A stretch of 64,000 nt of DNA, taken from assembly GCA_046302135.1 (NCBI GenBank), contig JBKCIQ010000091.1, forward strand, positions 92-64,091, in the 5' to 3' direction. The notes beneath the pieces were generated by a model. That model did no database searches. It saw only the letters and a program-made list of their open reading frames with translations, and was not told the origin of the DNA. Of the stretch, positions 10,035 to 19,419 are shown in pieces (within the stretch, counting starts at the first letter, position 1; every line of letters begins with the position of its first letter). Source of the stretch: Bacteroidota bacterium (GTDB taxonomy: Bacteria > Bacteroidota > Bacteroidia > B-17B0 > Aurantibacillaceae). Both the position numbers and the translations under genes were made by a program.

Positions 10035-10655
10035 ATGAAAATGAAAATAATAATAACATTTTTAGTTTGTGTTTTATACCTTAATATTTTTAGTCAATCT
10101 TATACTACAATTTCATATTATTACTATAGTTATATTGAAATTTGCATTGAGTTTCAAAAAACAACTCCAGTTAGTACTTTTGGTTATTCTAATGTACTTG
10201 GAGCTAAACAATATCAATATGACAATGCGCATAAAAGGGTTAGCATTGTTTATGGGCAAATGGAAAAATTACAATTACTAAACAAAGAAAATCGTTCTTA
10301 TCTCAACACATACAGAAATAATAATTTTTCCTACATTGCAAATACGGCTGGGCAAATTGATTTGTCAATTCCACAGAATGAAAGCTGGGCTATAGATAAT
10401 TTCCGAAAACCTTTAAAAAGCAATAAAAATATTAGGAATGAAATAAAAGTTTTAGCCAAACTTGGAAAAGAGCTTGATTTTATTGATCATGAATCATATA
10501 GATTCTCAAGAGAGCAGGTGGGGGATGTTCAGCAAAAAAAGCGAAATATTGCGAATTTCTTATCTGACTGGGAAAATGCTAATCCGAACGAATTAAATAC
10601 TATTTTGAGAAAATATGATTTATTACTGATGATGACAGGAGAGTTTTTGGAATGA
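10035..10655 (+). CDS. hypothetical secreted protein
   Basis: The ORF track starts at TTG 10017. ATG at 10035 gives MKMKIIITFLVCVLYLNIFSQ, a typical signal peptide. The gene is very AT-rich. Confidence 0.5.
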   Translation: MKMKIIITFLVCVLYLNIFSQSYTTISYYYYSYIEICIEFQKTTPVSTFGYSNVLGAKQYQYDNAHKRVSIVYGQMEKLQLLNKENRSYLNTYRNNNFSYIANTAGQIDLSIPQNESWAIDNFRKPLKSNKNIRNEIKVLAKLGKELDFIDHESYRFSREQVGDVQQKKRNIANFLSDWENANPNELNTILRKYDLLLMMTGEFLE

Positions 10656-10777
10656 ATAGTTGAAAGAATCTCTATATAATTTTCTCATAGAAGACGTTCA
10701 ATCCAATTAGTTAGGTAATGTTTCGAATAAAAAAAACAAACTGTTATATAATATTTTTCCTACACTAAATAAAAATT

Positions 10778-11188
10778 ATGAAGATAAAAGGATCCCCAAT
10801 AATACTAATAGTTTTTTGTTTGTGTTTGACAAATAAAAATTTTTCCCAGAACAAAATTTATAGAGGTGGTAAAATAGAATTTACTGTTAATGGTAAAACT
10901 AAACCATTAGGGAAAAATGTCGTAGTTAAATATGATGACTTTTTTAAGAGTTATTATGTAAATTATACAGACATAAATGGCTTTGAAAATACCTTAATTT
11001 TTGAGTTTGAAAGTAACTCAACCTATAAATGTAATGGTGTCCAATATACAACAATTATGGAGGAGATTGGCTTAAGATGGGCGAAGACTGGACAAGGAGT
11101 CATTCAGTTTGCAGACTTACGAAAATGGAATTATGGCGGCACGGGGCAATCCTATCAAATATCTAATTTATCAATAAAAGTAAAATAA
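10778..11188 (+). CDS. hypothetical small secreted protein
   Basis: 136-aa ORF with signal peptide PIILIVFCLCLTNKNFSQ. Confidence 0.6.
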   Translation: MKIKGSPIILIVFCLCLTNKNFSQNKIYRGGKIEFTVNGKTKPLGKNVVVKYDDFFKSYYVNYTDINGFENTLIFEFESNSTYKCNGVQYTTIMEEIGLRWAKTGQGVIQFADLRKWNYGGTGQSYQISNLSIKVK

Positions 11189-11362
11189 TTTCAATACACC
11201 AAAGTAATGACAGAAGTGTATGAAATCATAATTTAATGACTTAAATAATAATTTTTTGAACGTCAATTTTATGTTTTGTGCGCTATTTGAATTTTCAGAT
11301 TTTAGCCGTTCATCACAAGTGTTTGTTTAATGTATATAAAAATGAATTATTATAAACCAACC

Positions 11363-11455
11363 CATAACAGCGTGCCAAGTGCCATTTTTGCGCGTTGTTA
11401 TGCTAATTGAGATATTCGCAGGAGTAATTTGAAGTAAAAACGCGCGCCGGCACGC
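11363..11455 (+). ncRNA. candidate structured RNA / leader element upstream of protease-TPR gene
   Basis: A 13-bp stem pairs 11363-11375 with 11390-11402. Two of its pairs are G-U, so it forms only in a plus-strand transcript. An alternative pairing joins GCGTGCC (11370-11376) with GGCACGC (11449-11455). This is a GC-rich patch in an AT-rich spacer. Confidence 0.3.
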
Positions 11456-11490
11456 GGACCGCCATTTATAACCATTAAACAAATATTTAA

Positions 11491-12906
11491 ATGTTGAATA
11501 AATTTTATTTATCAATTTTATTCTTATTATCACTAATCGAATCAAATGCGCAACTACAAGGAAGGCTTCCTGGATTAGTCAAAAAAGTAGACCCATCAGT
11601 TTTAAAAATCTACACAATTGATGAAAAAAATCAATTTGCATCACAAGGGTCAGGAGTAATTATTGCTAAAAATGGGATTTGAATTTCTAATTATCATGTT
11701 TTAATTGGCGCAAAAAAGGCAGTTGCTATAACTGCTAGTGGAAAGAAGTTTGAGATTACAAAAATTTTGGATTACTCTAAACAAAATGATTTAATCAAAT
11801 TTAAATTAGAAAATGGCGATCAAGTCATGTCACCGGCCTTCTTAAATAATTTGTTGCCACAAAAAGGGGAAGAGGTTTTTGCGCTTGGCTATCCAAATGG
11901 ATTTAATATACAGGGTGAAAGTACTGTCACAACAGGCATCATCTCCGGAATTAGAGAAGAAAATAGTGTGAAAATAATTCAAACATCTACCCCTTTTACA
12001 CACGGTAGTAGTGGCGGAGGACTTTTTGATGTCTCAGGTAAATTGGTTGGAATTACTTCTGGAACTTTTGCTCAGGAAGTTAAAGATCGGCACGCAAATT
12101 TAAACAAAGTTATACCCGTCGCTCTCGTTAATAAATTAACAAGGAATTTGAATTTAGCGCTTACAACATTCTATGAAAACATTAAAAATGATGAGAATTT
12201 TATTAGGGGAATGGTTGCTTATGATAATTTTGATTTTGAGACCACGGCTGATTTTTTCTTGGCTCACATTCGAGATTATCCTGAAGACGCAACGGCATGG
12301 TTTCGATTAGGAAATTCCCATAATCAGTCAGGCCAGAGCGGGTCCAATGGCAGGGGTTCAATTAATAAAGAAATGTTGACCTCTGCTTTGGAGTGTTTTG
12401 ATATGTCAATTTCTCTTGACAACAACTATTATTATGCTTGGGGCCAGGCCGCTCTTGTTTATTCAATAGTAGGAGATATAACTTCGGCAAAGAGCTTCGC
12501 CTACAAAGCATATCAAATAGAACCCAATATTTCCTTCACAAATTATGTAGTTGGAAAGGTTGCAAATGTAGCAGAAGATTATAATTTGGCTATAGAGTTT
12601 TTAAGTGTGGCTATTCAAAAAGCAGATGATTATGAAAAAGTAAATAATATGAACCAATGGTATCTTGAACGCGCTATTGCATATTCCTTGCTAAAGAATG
12701 ATGACTATTCTGCTGAGCAGGATTATTTAAAATGCCTCAAACTAAACCCGGACAATTATGATGCTATATTTAATTACGGTGTATTTCTAATAAATAGAAA
12801 AAGAAAAAGAGAGGCTTGCGAGAGATTTACATATTTGTATGAAATCCTTCCTAATTATCGGTTTGGAAATCAGTCTTTGGAAGAGATTGTTCGCTATTGC
12901 AAATAA
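11491..12906 (+). pseudogene. S1C (trypsin/HtrA-like) serine protease fused to TPR repeats, interrupted by one in-frame TGA at 11680-11682
   Basis: ORFs 11491-11682 and 11767-12906 share a frame. Read-through gives GSGVIIAKNGI*ISNYHVL (catalytic His), QNDLIKF (Asp) and GSSGGGLFD (Ser), followed by a TPR-like C-terminal half. The second ORF alone lacks the catalytic His. Confidence 0.7.
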
Positions 12907-13138
12907 AACGCCTGACTTAAACTCAAAACAGAAGGTAATAATACCAGTAACAATACCCCAAAATTTGAGCCCATATAATTTTGATTGTTCTTTTCAGTAG
13001 GTTGTGTTTTTGGATAATAGAAAACAAAAAATAAAGCCCCTCGAAAAATTATTAAAGAATAATTTCTTATTAGAATGGCAAATCTCAATTTAGTTGCTTA
13101 ATACAATCATTAGCAATCAACCTAAAGAATTTTATCTC

Positions 13139-13146
13139 TAACTTTG
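13139..13146 (+). promoter_or_regulatory. -7 promoter element TAacTTTG upstream of mnmG
   Basis: TAACTTTG matches TAnnTTTG and ends 15 nt before the TTG start at 13162. Confidence 0.3.
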
Positions 13147-13161
13147 CATTAAGACATTCTC

Positions 13162-15024
13162 TTGCAAAATTCCTACGATATAATTGTGGTTGGTGCGGGA
13201 CATGCCGGTTGTGAGGCCGCTGCTGCTGCTGCTAATATGGGCTCTAAAGTTTTGCTCATCACCATGAACATGCAAACCATTGCACAAATGAGTTGCAACC
13301 CTGCTATGGGTGGCGTGGCAAAAGGTCAAATTGTACGCGAAATAGATGCGCTTGGCGGATATAGTGGAATTGTTTCCGACAAGTCAGCCATTCAGTTCAG
13401 AATGCTGAACAGAAGCAAAGGACCGGCAATGTGGAGCCCAAGATCTCAAAATGATAGAATGTTATTTGCCACCACCTGGAGAGAAATGCTTGAAAACACA
13501 AAAAATGTGGATTTTTGGCAAGACTCAGTTAACTCCTTGATTATCAACGATTTAAGTGTTTGTGGTGTTGTTACCTCGATGGGAATAAAATTTAATGCAA
13601 AATCTGTAATACTCACCAATGGAACTTTTTTAAATGGATTAATTCATATCGGGGAGAAGAATTTTTCCGGCGGAAGAAGTGGTGAATCGGCCGCATTTGG
13701 AATTACCGAACAGCTTTCAAAAGCTGGTTTTGAAACAGGGCGCATGAAAACCGGAACCCCTCCCCGACTCGATGGCCGTTCTCTGGATTATTCCAAAATG
13801 GAGCTTCAGGACGGTGATGATCATCCTGGAAAATTTTCTTTTACAGATACCAAACCCTTAGAAAAACAACTTCCTTGTCATATTGCTTACACCAGCCCCG
13901 CGGTTCACGAAGTTTTAAAAACAGGATTTGAAAAATCACCCATGTTTGCCGGCCGCATTCAGGGCCTAGGACCAAGGTATTGCCCTAGCATTGAAGATAA
14001 GATTACGAGATTCTCTGAGCGAGAAAGACACCAACTTTTTGTTGAACCGGAAGGATGGAATACGGTTGAAATATACCTTAATGGCTTCAGTACAAGTTTG
14101 CCTGAGGATGTTCAATACAAAGCCCTTCGAACTATCCCGGGATTCGAAAACGCTAAAATGTTTCGGCCCGGCTATGCAATTGAATACGACTACTTCCCCC
14201 CTACTCAGCTTCATCTTACATTAGAAACTAAGCTTTTGTCAGGGCTTTATTTTGCAGGACAGATCAACGGAACAACAGGATATGAAGAAGCTGCTTGCCA
14301 GGGATTAATGGCCGGTATCAATGCGCATTTAAAAATCAATGAAAAAGACCCTTTCGTTTTAAATAGGTCGGATGCATACATCGGTGTTTTGATTGACGAC
14401 CTTGTAACTAAAGGAACAGACGAGCCATATCGGATGTTTACAAGCCGTGCTGAGTACAGATTGCTTTTAAGACAAGACAATGCCGACACAAGGTTAACAC
14501 CTCTAGGATATAAAATTGGTCTTGCCGGTGAGGAAAGGAAAAAAAAGATTGATGAAAAAATATTAAGTTATAATTCCATAATTGATTTTTTCAAAAAGAA
14601 CAGCGCGGAGCCTGGTGAAATAAATCCATTTTTAGAGCGTATTGGAAGCAGCACCATTTCACAAAAGGTCCGATATTTTAATGTTTTATCAAGGCCAGAT
14701 GTTTCCATTTTTGAACTTGCAAAGCAATCACCCGCAGTACATAATTTTATTTCGAAAATGTCTGAAGAAACAGTTGAGCAGGCAGAGATATTAATGAAAT
14801 ATGAGGGGTACATTGAAAGAGAAAGGGAGGCGGCTGAAAAGGTTTCAAGGCTTGAAGGAATGAGAATTCGTAAGGACTTTAATTACAAATCGGTTCATAA
14901 CCTAAGCAATGAGGCAAGAGAAAAACTAAACCGAATTAGGCCGGAAACAATTGGTCAAGCATCAAGAATTTCCGGTATAAGCCCCAGCGATCTATCCGTG
15001 TTAATGATTCATATGGGCAGATAA
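13162..15024 (+). CDS. mnmG: tRNA uridine 5-carboxymethylaminomethyl modification enzyme MnmG (GidA)
   Basis: The FAD-binding N-terminus [16 protein letters not shown] is present, along with [20 protein letters not shown] and [12 protein letters not shown], and the C-terminus is full length. Start codon is TTG. Confidence 0.95.
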   Translation: MQNSYDIIVVGAGHAGCEAAAAAANMGSKVLLITMNMQTIAQMSCNPAMGGVAKGQIVREIDALGGYSGIVSDKSAIQFRMLNRSKGPAMWSPRSQNDRMLFATTWREMLENTKNVDFWQDSVNSLIINDLSVCGVVTSMGIKFNAKSVILTNGTFLNGLIHIGEKNFSGGRSGESAAFGITEQLSKAGFETGRMKTGTPPRLDGRSLDYSKMELQDGDDHPGKFSFTDTKPLEKQLPCHIAYTSPAVHEVLKTGFEKSPMFAGRIQGLGPRYCPSIEDKITRFSERERHQLFVEPEGWNTVEIYLNGFSTSLPEDVQYKALRTIPGFENAKMFRPGYAIEYDYFPPTQLHLTLETKLLSGLYFAGQINGTTGYEEAACQGLMAGINAHLKINEKDPFVLNRSDAYIGVLIDDLVTKGTDEPYRMFTSRAEYRLLLRQDNADTRLTPLGYKIGLAGEERKKKIDEKILSYNSIIDFFKKNSAEPGEINPFLERIGSSTISQKVRYFNVLSRPDVSIFELAKQSPAVHNFISKMSEETVEQAEILMKYEGYIEREREAAEKVSRLEGMRIRKDFNYKSVHNLSNEAREKLNRIRPETIGQASRISGISPSDLSVLMIHMGR

Positions 15025-15046
15025 TGTTTCACGTGAAACTATTAAA

Positions 15047-15937
15047 ATGATTGAAATAACTAAATGTATTGTTTGCGATTCATCAGAAAGAAAAACATTT
15101 CTGAGTTGTAAAGATTATACAGTAAGCCAGGAAACGTTTAACATCTCCGAGTGTGTTAATTGTGGATTTAAATTCACCTCTCCAAGACCCAAAGATATTG
15201 ACCTGGGTAAATATTATAAATCCGAATCTTATGTTTCGCATTCAGATAGCAAAAAAGGAATTATAAATACTCTTTACCACTATGTAAGAAACTACACATT
15301 ACTAAAGAAACTTAAGTTAATTCTCAAATATTCAAGGCCTGGAAACATAATAGACTATGGTTGTGGAACCGGGGCCTTTCTTGAAATTTGCCAAAAATCA
15401 TCATGGAAGGTCTTTGGCATTGAACCTGATTCAGACGCAAGGAAAATTGCTAATGAAAGGATAGGGATTAACCCATTTATGGACCCGGAGGACTTTATTA
15501 AAAATAATTCGGGGCTAAAAGTAGATGTAATTACCTTGTGGCACGTGCTAGAACACATACCAGATGTTGTTTCATTTTTTAAATTTATTGATACATTCCT
15601 TAAAGAAAAAGGAACTTTAATTATTGCGGTACCAAACTGCAACTCCTATGACGCAATAAAGTTTAATGAATATTGGGCGGCATACGATTTGCCAAGACAC
15701 CTTTGGCATTTTACTCCGAAGACAATCTCTAAGTTATTTCAGAACAATGGATATAAATGCATAGAAACACTTCCAATGATCTTTGATTCATTTTATGTTT
15801 CCATGTTGAGCAATAAATACAAAACCGGCACCCCTAAAATAATATCATCATTTTTAACCGGGCTTATTTCGAATTTTAAGGCAAATAAAGACGGGCAGAG
15901 ATTTTCTAGTCAGATATACATTTTTAAGCGCATCTAG
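15047..15937 (+). CDS. class I SAM-dependent methyltransferase with N-terminal Cys4 zinc ribbon
   Basis: It has CIVCDS...CVNCGF, then the SAM motif I IIDYGCGTGAFLE and VITLWHVLEH. Confidence 0.8.
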   Translation: MIEITKCIVCDSSERKTFLSCKDYTVSQETFNISECVNCGFKFTSPRPKDIDLGKYYKSESYVSHSDSKKGIINTLYHYVRNYTLLKKLKLILKYSRPGNIIDYGCGTGAFLEICQKSSWKVFGIEPDSDARKIANERIGINPFMDPEDFIKNNSGLKVDVITLWHVLEHIPDVVSFFKFIDTFLKEKGTLIIAVPNCNSYDAIKFNEYWAAYDLPRHLWHFTPKTISKLFQNNGYKCIETLPMIFDSFYVSMLSNKYKTGTPKIISSFLTGLISNFKANKDGQRFSSQIYIFKRI

Positions 15938-16328
15938 CTTAATTTTTTTTCTCTCTTTACTTAATAAAGGTTTTTATAACCCATTTACCATTTAACCATT
16001 CTCAAGTTACCCAAGTTAACTGAGAGTGTAATTGTCCGTTTTAATTTCAAAATCTTAAGTAAATTATTGATTGCCTAAGATAAATTAGTCTCATTATTGA
16101 CCTTCTACACAATTATTTAATTATAAAGTTAGATAGAGTTCTGTTTGTTTGAAATTATGTAATAAATTTGATTTTATTACACCTATTGAATTATTGTTCC
16201 ACGTGAAACATTTTAAGACAATGAGAATAAATCATAGAAAAAAAGAAATGCTGGAAATCAAAAAAAAGCAGAATTTTAGTCTTAATTATTTGATTGCCAA
16301 TTGTTTGGTTGTTTTGTTAAGCGGGTCT

Positions 16329-17603
16329 TTATAATAAATCCCTTCCTATATCAGATCTGAAATAGGCACCCTCAAATTTTATCTTTGATGCATTAGAAAC
16401 GCTATTATAGCTTGATTCAAGTATATTAGAACCCAAAGAAGTTATTGCAAATACCCTGCCCCCTGAGGTTATTGGATTTCCATCGTTGTCTAGGAGTGTA
16501 CCGGCGTGGAAACATATGCTTCCAGTCATATCTGATAGGCCTGAAACTTTAAAGCCTTTTTTATATTCACCAGGATATCCTCCGGAGACAACTACGACGG
16601 TAGAGGCAGAACGATCATCGATTTCAAGCAAAACTTGATTCAGTGTTTTATTTGCCACCGCAGAGAATATTTCCAACAAGTCTGTTTTAATTCTAGGAAT
16701 AACAACTTCTGTCTCCGGGTCACCCATCCTACAATTATATTCAATCACAACCGGCTCGCCATTTACATTCATCAACCCAATAAAAATAAAGCCTTGGTAA
16801 TCTATCCCGTCCAATTTAAGACCGTTAATCGTTGGTTCAACAATCCTTAATCGTACCTTTTCCATGAACTCTCTGTCTGCAAATGGCACCGGGCTAACGG
16901 CACCCATTCCGCCCGTGTTAAGTCCTGTGTCGCCTTCTCCAATTCTTTTATAATCTTTTGCTTCCGGTAAGATTTTATAGGAATTTCCATCCGTTAAAAC
17001 AAAAACGGAACATTCTATTCCTGATAAAAATTCCTCAATTACAACTTTATTGCCTGCCAATCCAAATTTCCCGGAGAACATGTTTTCAAGTTCATCAACA
17101 GCAACGTTTAAGTCCTCAATTATTAAAACACCCTTACCGGCAGCAAGTCCATCCGCCTTTAAAACATAAGGGGAGGGGAGGGTGTCTAAAAATTCTTTAG
17201 CCTCTTGAAAATTTTCTTTTGTAAAGGTTTTATATCGAGCCGTGGGAATTCCATGGCGAATCATGAATTGCTTAGAAAAATCCTTGCTTCCTTCTAAAAT
17301 AGCACCTTCCTTTTTGGGGCCAATTATTGCGATATCCTTTAATATTTCGTCTTGAGAAAAAAAGTCATGAATACCTTTTACTAAGGGGTCCTCAGGACCA
17401 ACAACCACAAGATCGATGCTCTTTTCCCAAACAAACTTTTTTATGTTATCAAAATCTGTGGGCGACAATGGCACATTTGTACCACAATTTGAAGTGCCGG
17501 CATTTCCAGGGGCAATAAATAAGTTTTCTAAATGTTTACTTTGTGAAATTTTCCAAGCAAATGCATGTTCTCTGCCTCCTGAGCCAAGAATAAGTACATT
17601 CAT
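16329..17603 (-). CDS. purD: phosphoribosylamine--glycine ligase
   Basis: Starts MNVLILGSGGREHAFAWK, has ATP-grasp motifs, and contains the GGMGA and GDPETEV segments. Confidence 0.95.
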   Translation of the reverse strand: MNVLILGSGGREHAFAWKISQSKHLENLFIAPGNAGTSNCGTNVPLSPTDFDNIKKFVWEKSIDLVVVGPEDPLVKGIHDFFSQDEILKDIAIIGPKKEGAILEGSKDFSKQFMIRHGIPTARYKTFTKENFQEAKEFLDTLPSPYVLKADGLAAGKGVLIIEDLNVAVDELENMFSGKFGLAGNKVVIEEFLSGIECSVFVLTDGNSYKILPEAKDYKRIGEGDTGLNTGGMGAVSPVPFADREFMEKVRLRIVEPTINGLKLDGIDYQGFIFIGLMNVNGEPVVIEYNCRMGDPETEVVIPRIKTDLLEIFSAVANKTLNQVLLEIDDRSASTVVVVSGGYPGEYKKGFKVSGLSDMTGSICFHAGTLLDNDGNPITSGGRVFAITSLGSNILESSYNSVSNASKIKFEGAYFRSDIGRDLL

Positions 17604-17621
17604 GAACTATATTTGAACAGG

Positions 17622-19178
17622 TTAAACAATTATTTCGTCTTCAATTTTATTAAAAAATCTATATTCCATAAAAGCATAACTCTGCATAGGAACTAGCTTC
17701 AACTTTTTAGAATAGTTTTTTCTCCATTTATGATAAATGCTATTCCAAAAGAAACCTTTTCTAATATATGCCTCTACATAGGGATGAACATTTAATGTTA
17801 CTTCCTTTTCATTTTGTTCTTTTGTAATGTACCTTAAGGTATTCTCGATTTGTTCAACAAGAATGATACTTGGCTGAGATTTACCGCTCCCTTGACAACA
17901 TGGGCAATTTTCTGTTACCTCAATATTCATCTCAGGGCGAACTCGTTGGCGGGTTATTTGAACTAGGCCGAATTTACTTGGAGGAATAATATTGTGTTTG
18001 GCCCTATCGCTTTTCATTTCTTCCTTAAGTTTATCATATAGCGCCTTTTTATGTTCCGGATTTCCCATATCAATGAAATCCACAACAATAATTCCTCCCA
18101 TATCCCTTAAGCGAAGTTGTCTGGCGATTTCAACAGCCGACTCCATGTTTACTTCAAATGCGTTTTTTTCCTGGCTCTGATCGCTTTTGGAACGGTTACC
18201 ACTATTAACGTCTATTACGTGAAGCGCCTCGGTGTGTTCTACATGCAAGTAAGCGCCACTCTTCATGTGGACGGTTTTACCAAACAGTGATTTTATTTGC
18301 TTTTCTACTCCAAAATGGTCAAAAATCGGTAATCTACCTGAGTAATGCTTAACAATTTCAGATTTATCCGGCGCTATAGACTGAATATATGCTCTTAATT
18401 CATCGTAAACCTCTTTATCATTTACGTGTATGCTGTTAAACTGAGCATTAAGCAAGTCTCTTAAAATTGCCGTTTTCCTGTTCACCTCGCCTAGACACCT
18501 AAATGGCGGTTGAGCCGTCTTCAAATTTTCAAACAACTCATTCCATTTATTACTTAAGTCGTTAATATCAGCCTGAATTTCCTCTGAAGACTTTCCATCT
18601 GCTACGGTTCGTACAATTACACCAAAATTTTTGGGTTTAATCTGCTGAAGCAAATCTTTCAGCCTGGCCTTTTCTTCGGGGTTACGTATTTTTTGAGAAA
18701 CCGATACTTTTTCGGAAAATGGAATTAAAACAATATATCTTCCTGCCAATGAAATTTCTGTGGTAATTCTAGGTCCCTTTTGGGAAATAGGCTCTTTAGC
18801 CACCTGGACCAAAATATGCTGTCCGCTTTGCAAAACCTCGTTAATTTTCCCATCCTTTTTGATGTCCTTTTCATTCTTGAAATACATCAAGTTACTCACG
18901 TTTTGCTTTCCTTCTCTAACGCTTTTAGAATATTTAATAACTGAATGCGCCTGCGGGCCAAGGTCGAGATAATGTAAAAATGCGTCCTTTTCATAGCCAA
19001 CATCTACAAATGCAGCATTAAGGCCCGTCATAACCTTTTTAACTCTTCCCAAATAAATATCTCCTACAGCAAATTGAGAGTTGCCCTTTTCCTTATGGAG
19101 TTCGACCAGTTGCTTCTCCTTGAGAAGGGCAATGGTTACTTCCCCGTTTACAGAATTTATTATTAATTCGTAGTTCAC
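17622..19178 (-). CDS. rng: Rne/Rng family ribonuclease (RNase G/E-like)
   Basis: An S1 domain (GDIYLGRVKKVMTGLNAAFVDVG) is followed by the catalytic core IDVNSG...GGIIVVDFIDM and the zinc-link CPCCQGSG. Confidence 0.9.
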   Translation of the reverse strand: MNYELIINSVNGEVTIALLKEKQLVELHKEKGNSQFAVGDIYLGRVKKVMTGLNAAFVDVGYEKDAFLHYLDLGPQAHSVIKYSKSVREGKQNVSNLMYFKNEKDIKKDGKINEVLQSGQHILVQVAKEPISQKGPRITTEISLAGRYIVLIPFSEKVSVSQKIRNPEEKARLKDLLQQIKPKNFGVIVRTVADGKSSEEIQADINDLSNKWNELFENLKTAQPPFRCLGEVNRKTAILRDLLNAQFNSIHVNDKEVYDELRAYIQSIAPDKSEIVKHYSGRLPIFDHFGVEKQIKSLFGKTVHMKSGAYLHVEHTEALHVIDVNSGNRSKSDQSQEKNAFEVNMESAVEIARQLRLRDMGGIIVVDFIDMGNPEHKKALYDKLKEEMKSDRAKHNIIPPSKFGLVQITRQRVRPEMNIEVTENCPCCQGSGKSQPSIILVEQIENTLRYITKEQNEKEVTLNVHPYVEAYIRKGFFWNSIYHKWRKNYSKKLKLVPMQSYAFMEYRFFNKIEDEIIV

Positions 19179-19280
19179 TGAATAAAATTAAGTTTATAAT
19201 GAAACATTGTTGCAACACAAACAACGCGCCCACTTAGGCACACGCTAAGGCACAACGCCTTAAAACAAAATTTAAGGATA

Positions 19281-19312
19281 ACAATAAAAGAAAAGACAAG
19301 AACCGGTGGTTC
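19281..19312 (-). terminator. possible intrinsic terminator/attenuator after the small basic peptide gene
   Basis: On the minus strand the hairpin GAACC-ACC-GGTTC (19300-19312) sits directly after the stop and is followed by UUGUCUUUUCUUUU. The stem is weak (5 bp). Confidence 0.25.
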
Positions 19313-19402
19313 CTATTTCTTCTTGTGTCTGTTTTTTCTCAAGCGCTTCTTACGCTTGTGGGTTGCCATTTTATGTCTTTTTCTTTTTTTTCCGCTTGGC
19401 AT
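19313..19402 (-). CDS. 29-aa polybasic peptide (bS22 / AURKAIP1-COX24-like small ribosome-associated protein candidate)
   Basis: Not in the ORF track because it is too short. The minus-strand ATG...TAG translates to MPSGKKRKRHKMATHKRKKRLRKNRHKKK. It sits between the TPR gene and rng. Confidence 0.6.
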   Translation of the reverse strand: MPSGKKRKRHKMATHKRKKRLRKNRHKKK

Positions 19403-19419
19403 AAAAATTTGATTTTAAA

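Noticed and set aside
11327-11545. 72-aa minus-strand ORF across the protease upstream spacer
   Set aside because: It overlaps the plus-strand start and signal-peptide region, its translation has no features, and the region is better explained by the structured plus-strand element.
11680-11682. In-frame TGA as evidence for an alternative genetic code (TGA = Trp or Gly) or selenocysteine
   Set aside because: TGA clearly terminates several genes at ATGA junctions (4729, 28371, 31696, 42720, 44277). Long housekeeping ORFs contain no internal TGA. No SECIS-like hairpin follows the codon, and the site is a structural hydrophobic position rather than a redox Cys.
12894-13088. 64-aa minus-strand hydrophobic ORF between the protease-TPR gene and mnmG
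   Set aside because: It overlaps the end of the protease gene and sits opposite the mnmG promoter region. It could be a small membrane protein, but I have no supporting evidence.
16149-16334. 61-aa plus-strand ORF in the methyltransferase-purD spacer
   Set aside because: It has an alternative (non-ATG) start, runs into the convergent purD stop, and has no recognisable features. The spacer shows only a CAAGTTA direct repeat and the CACGTG palindrome copy.
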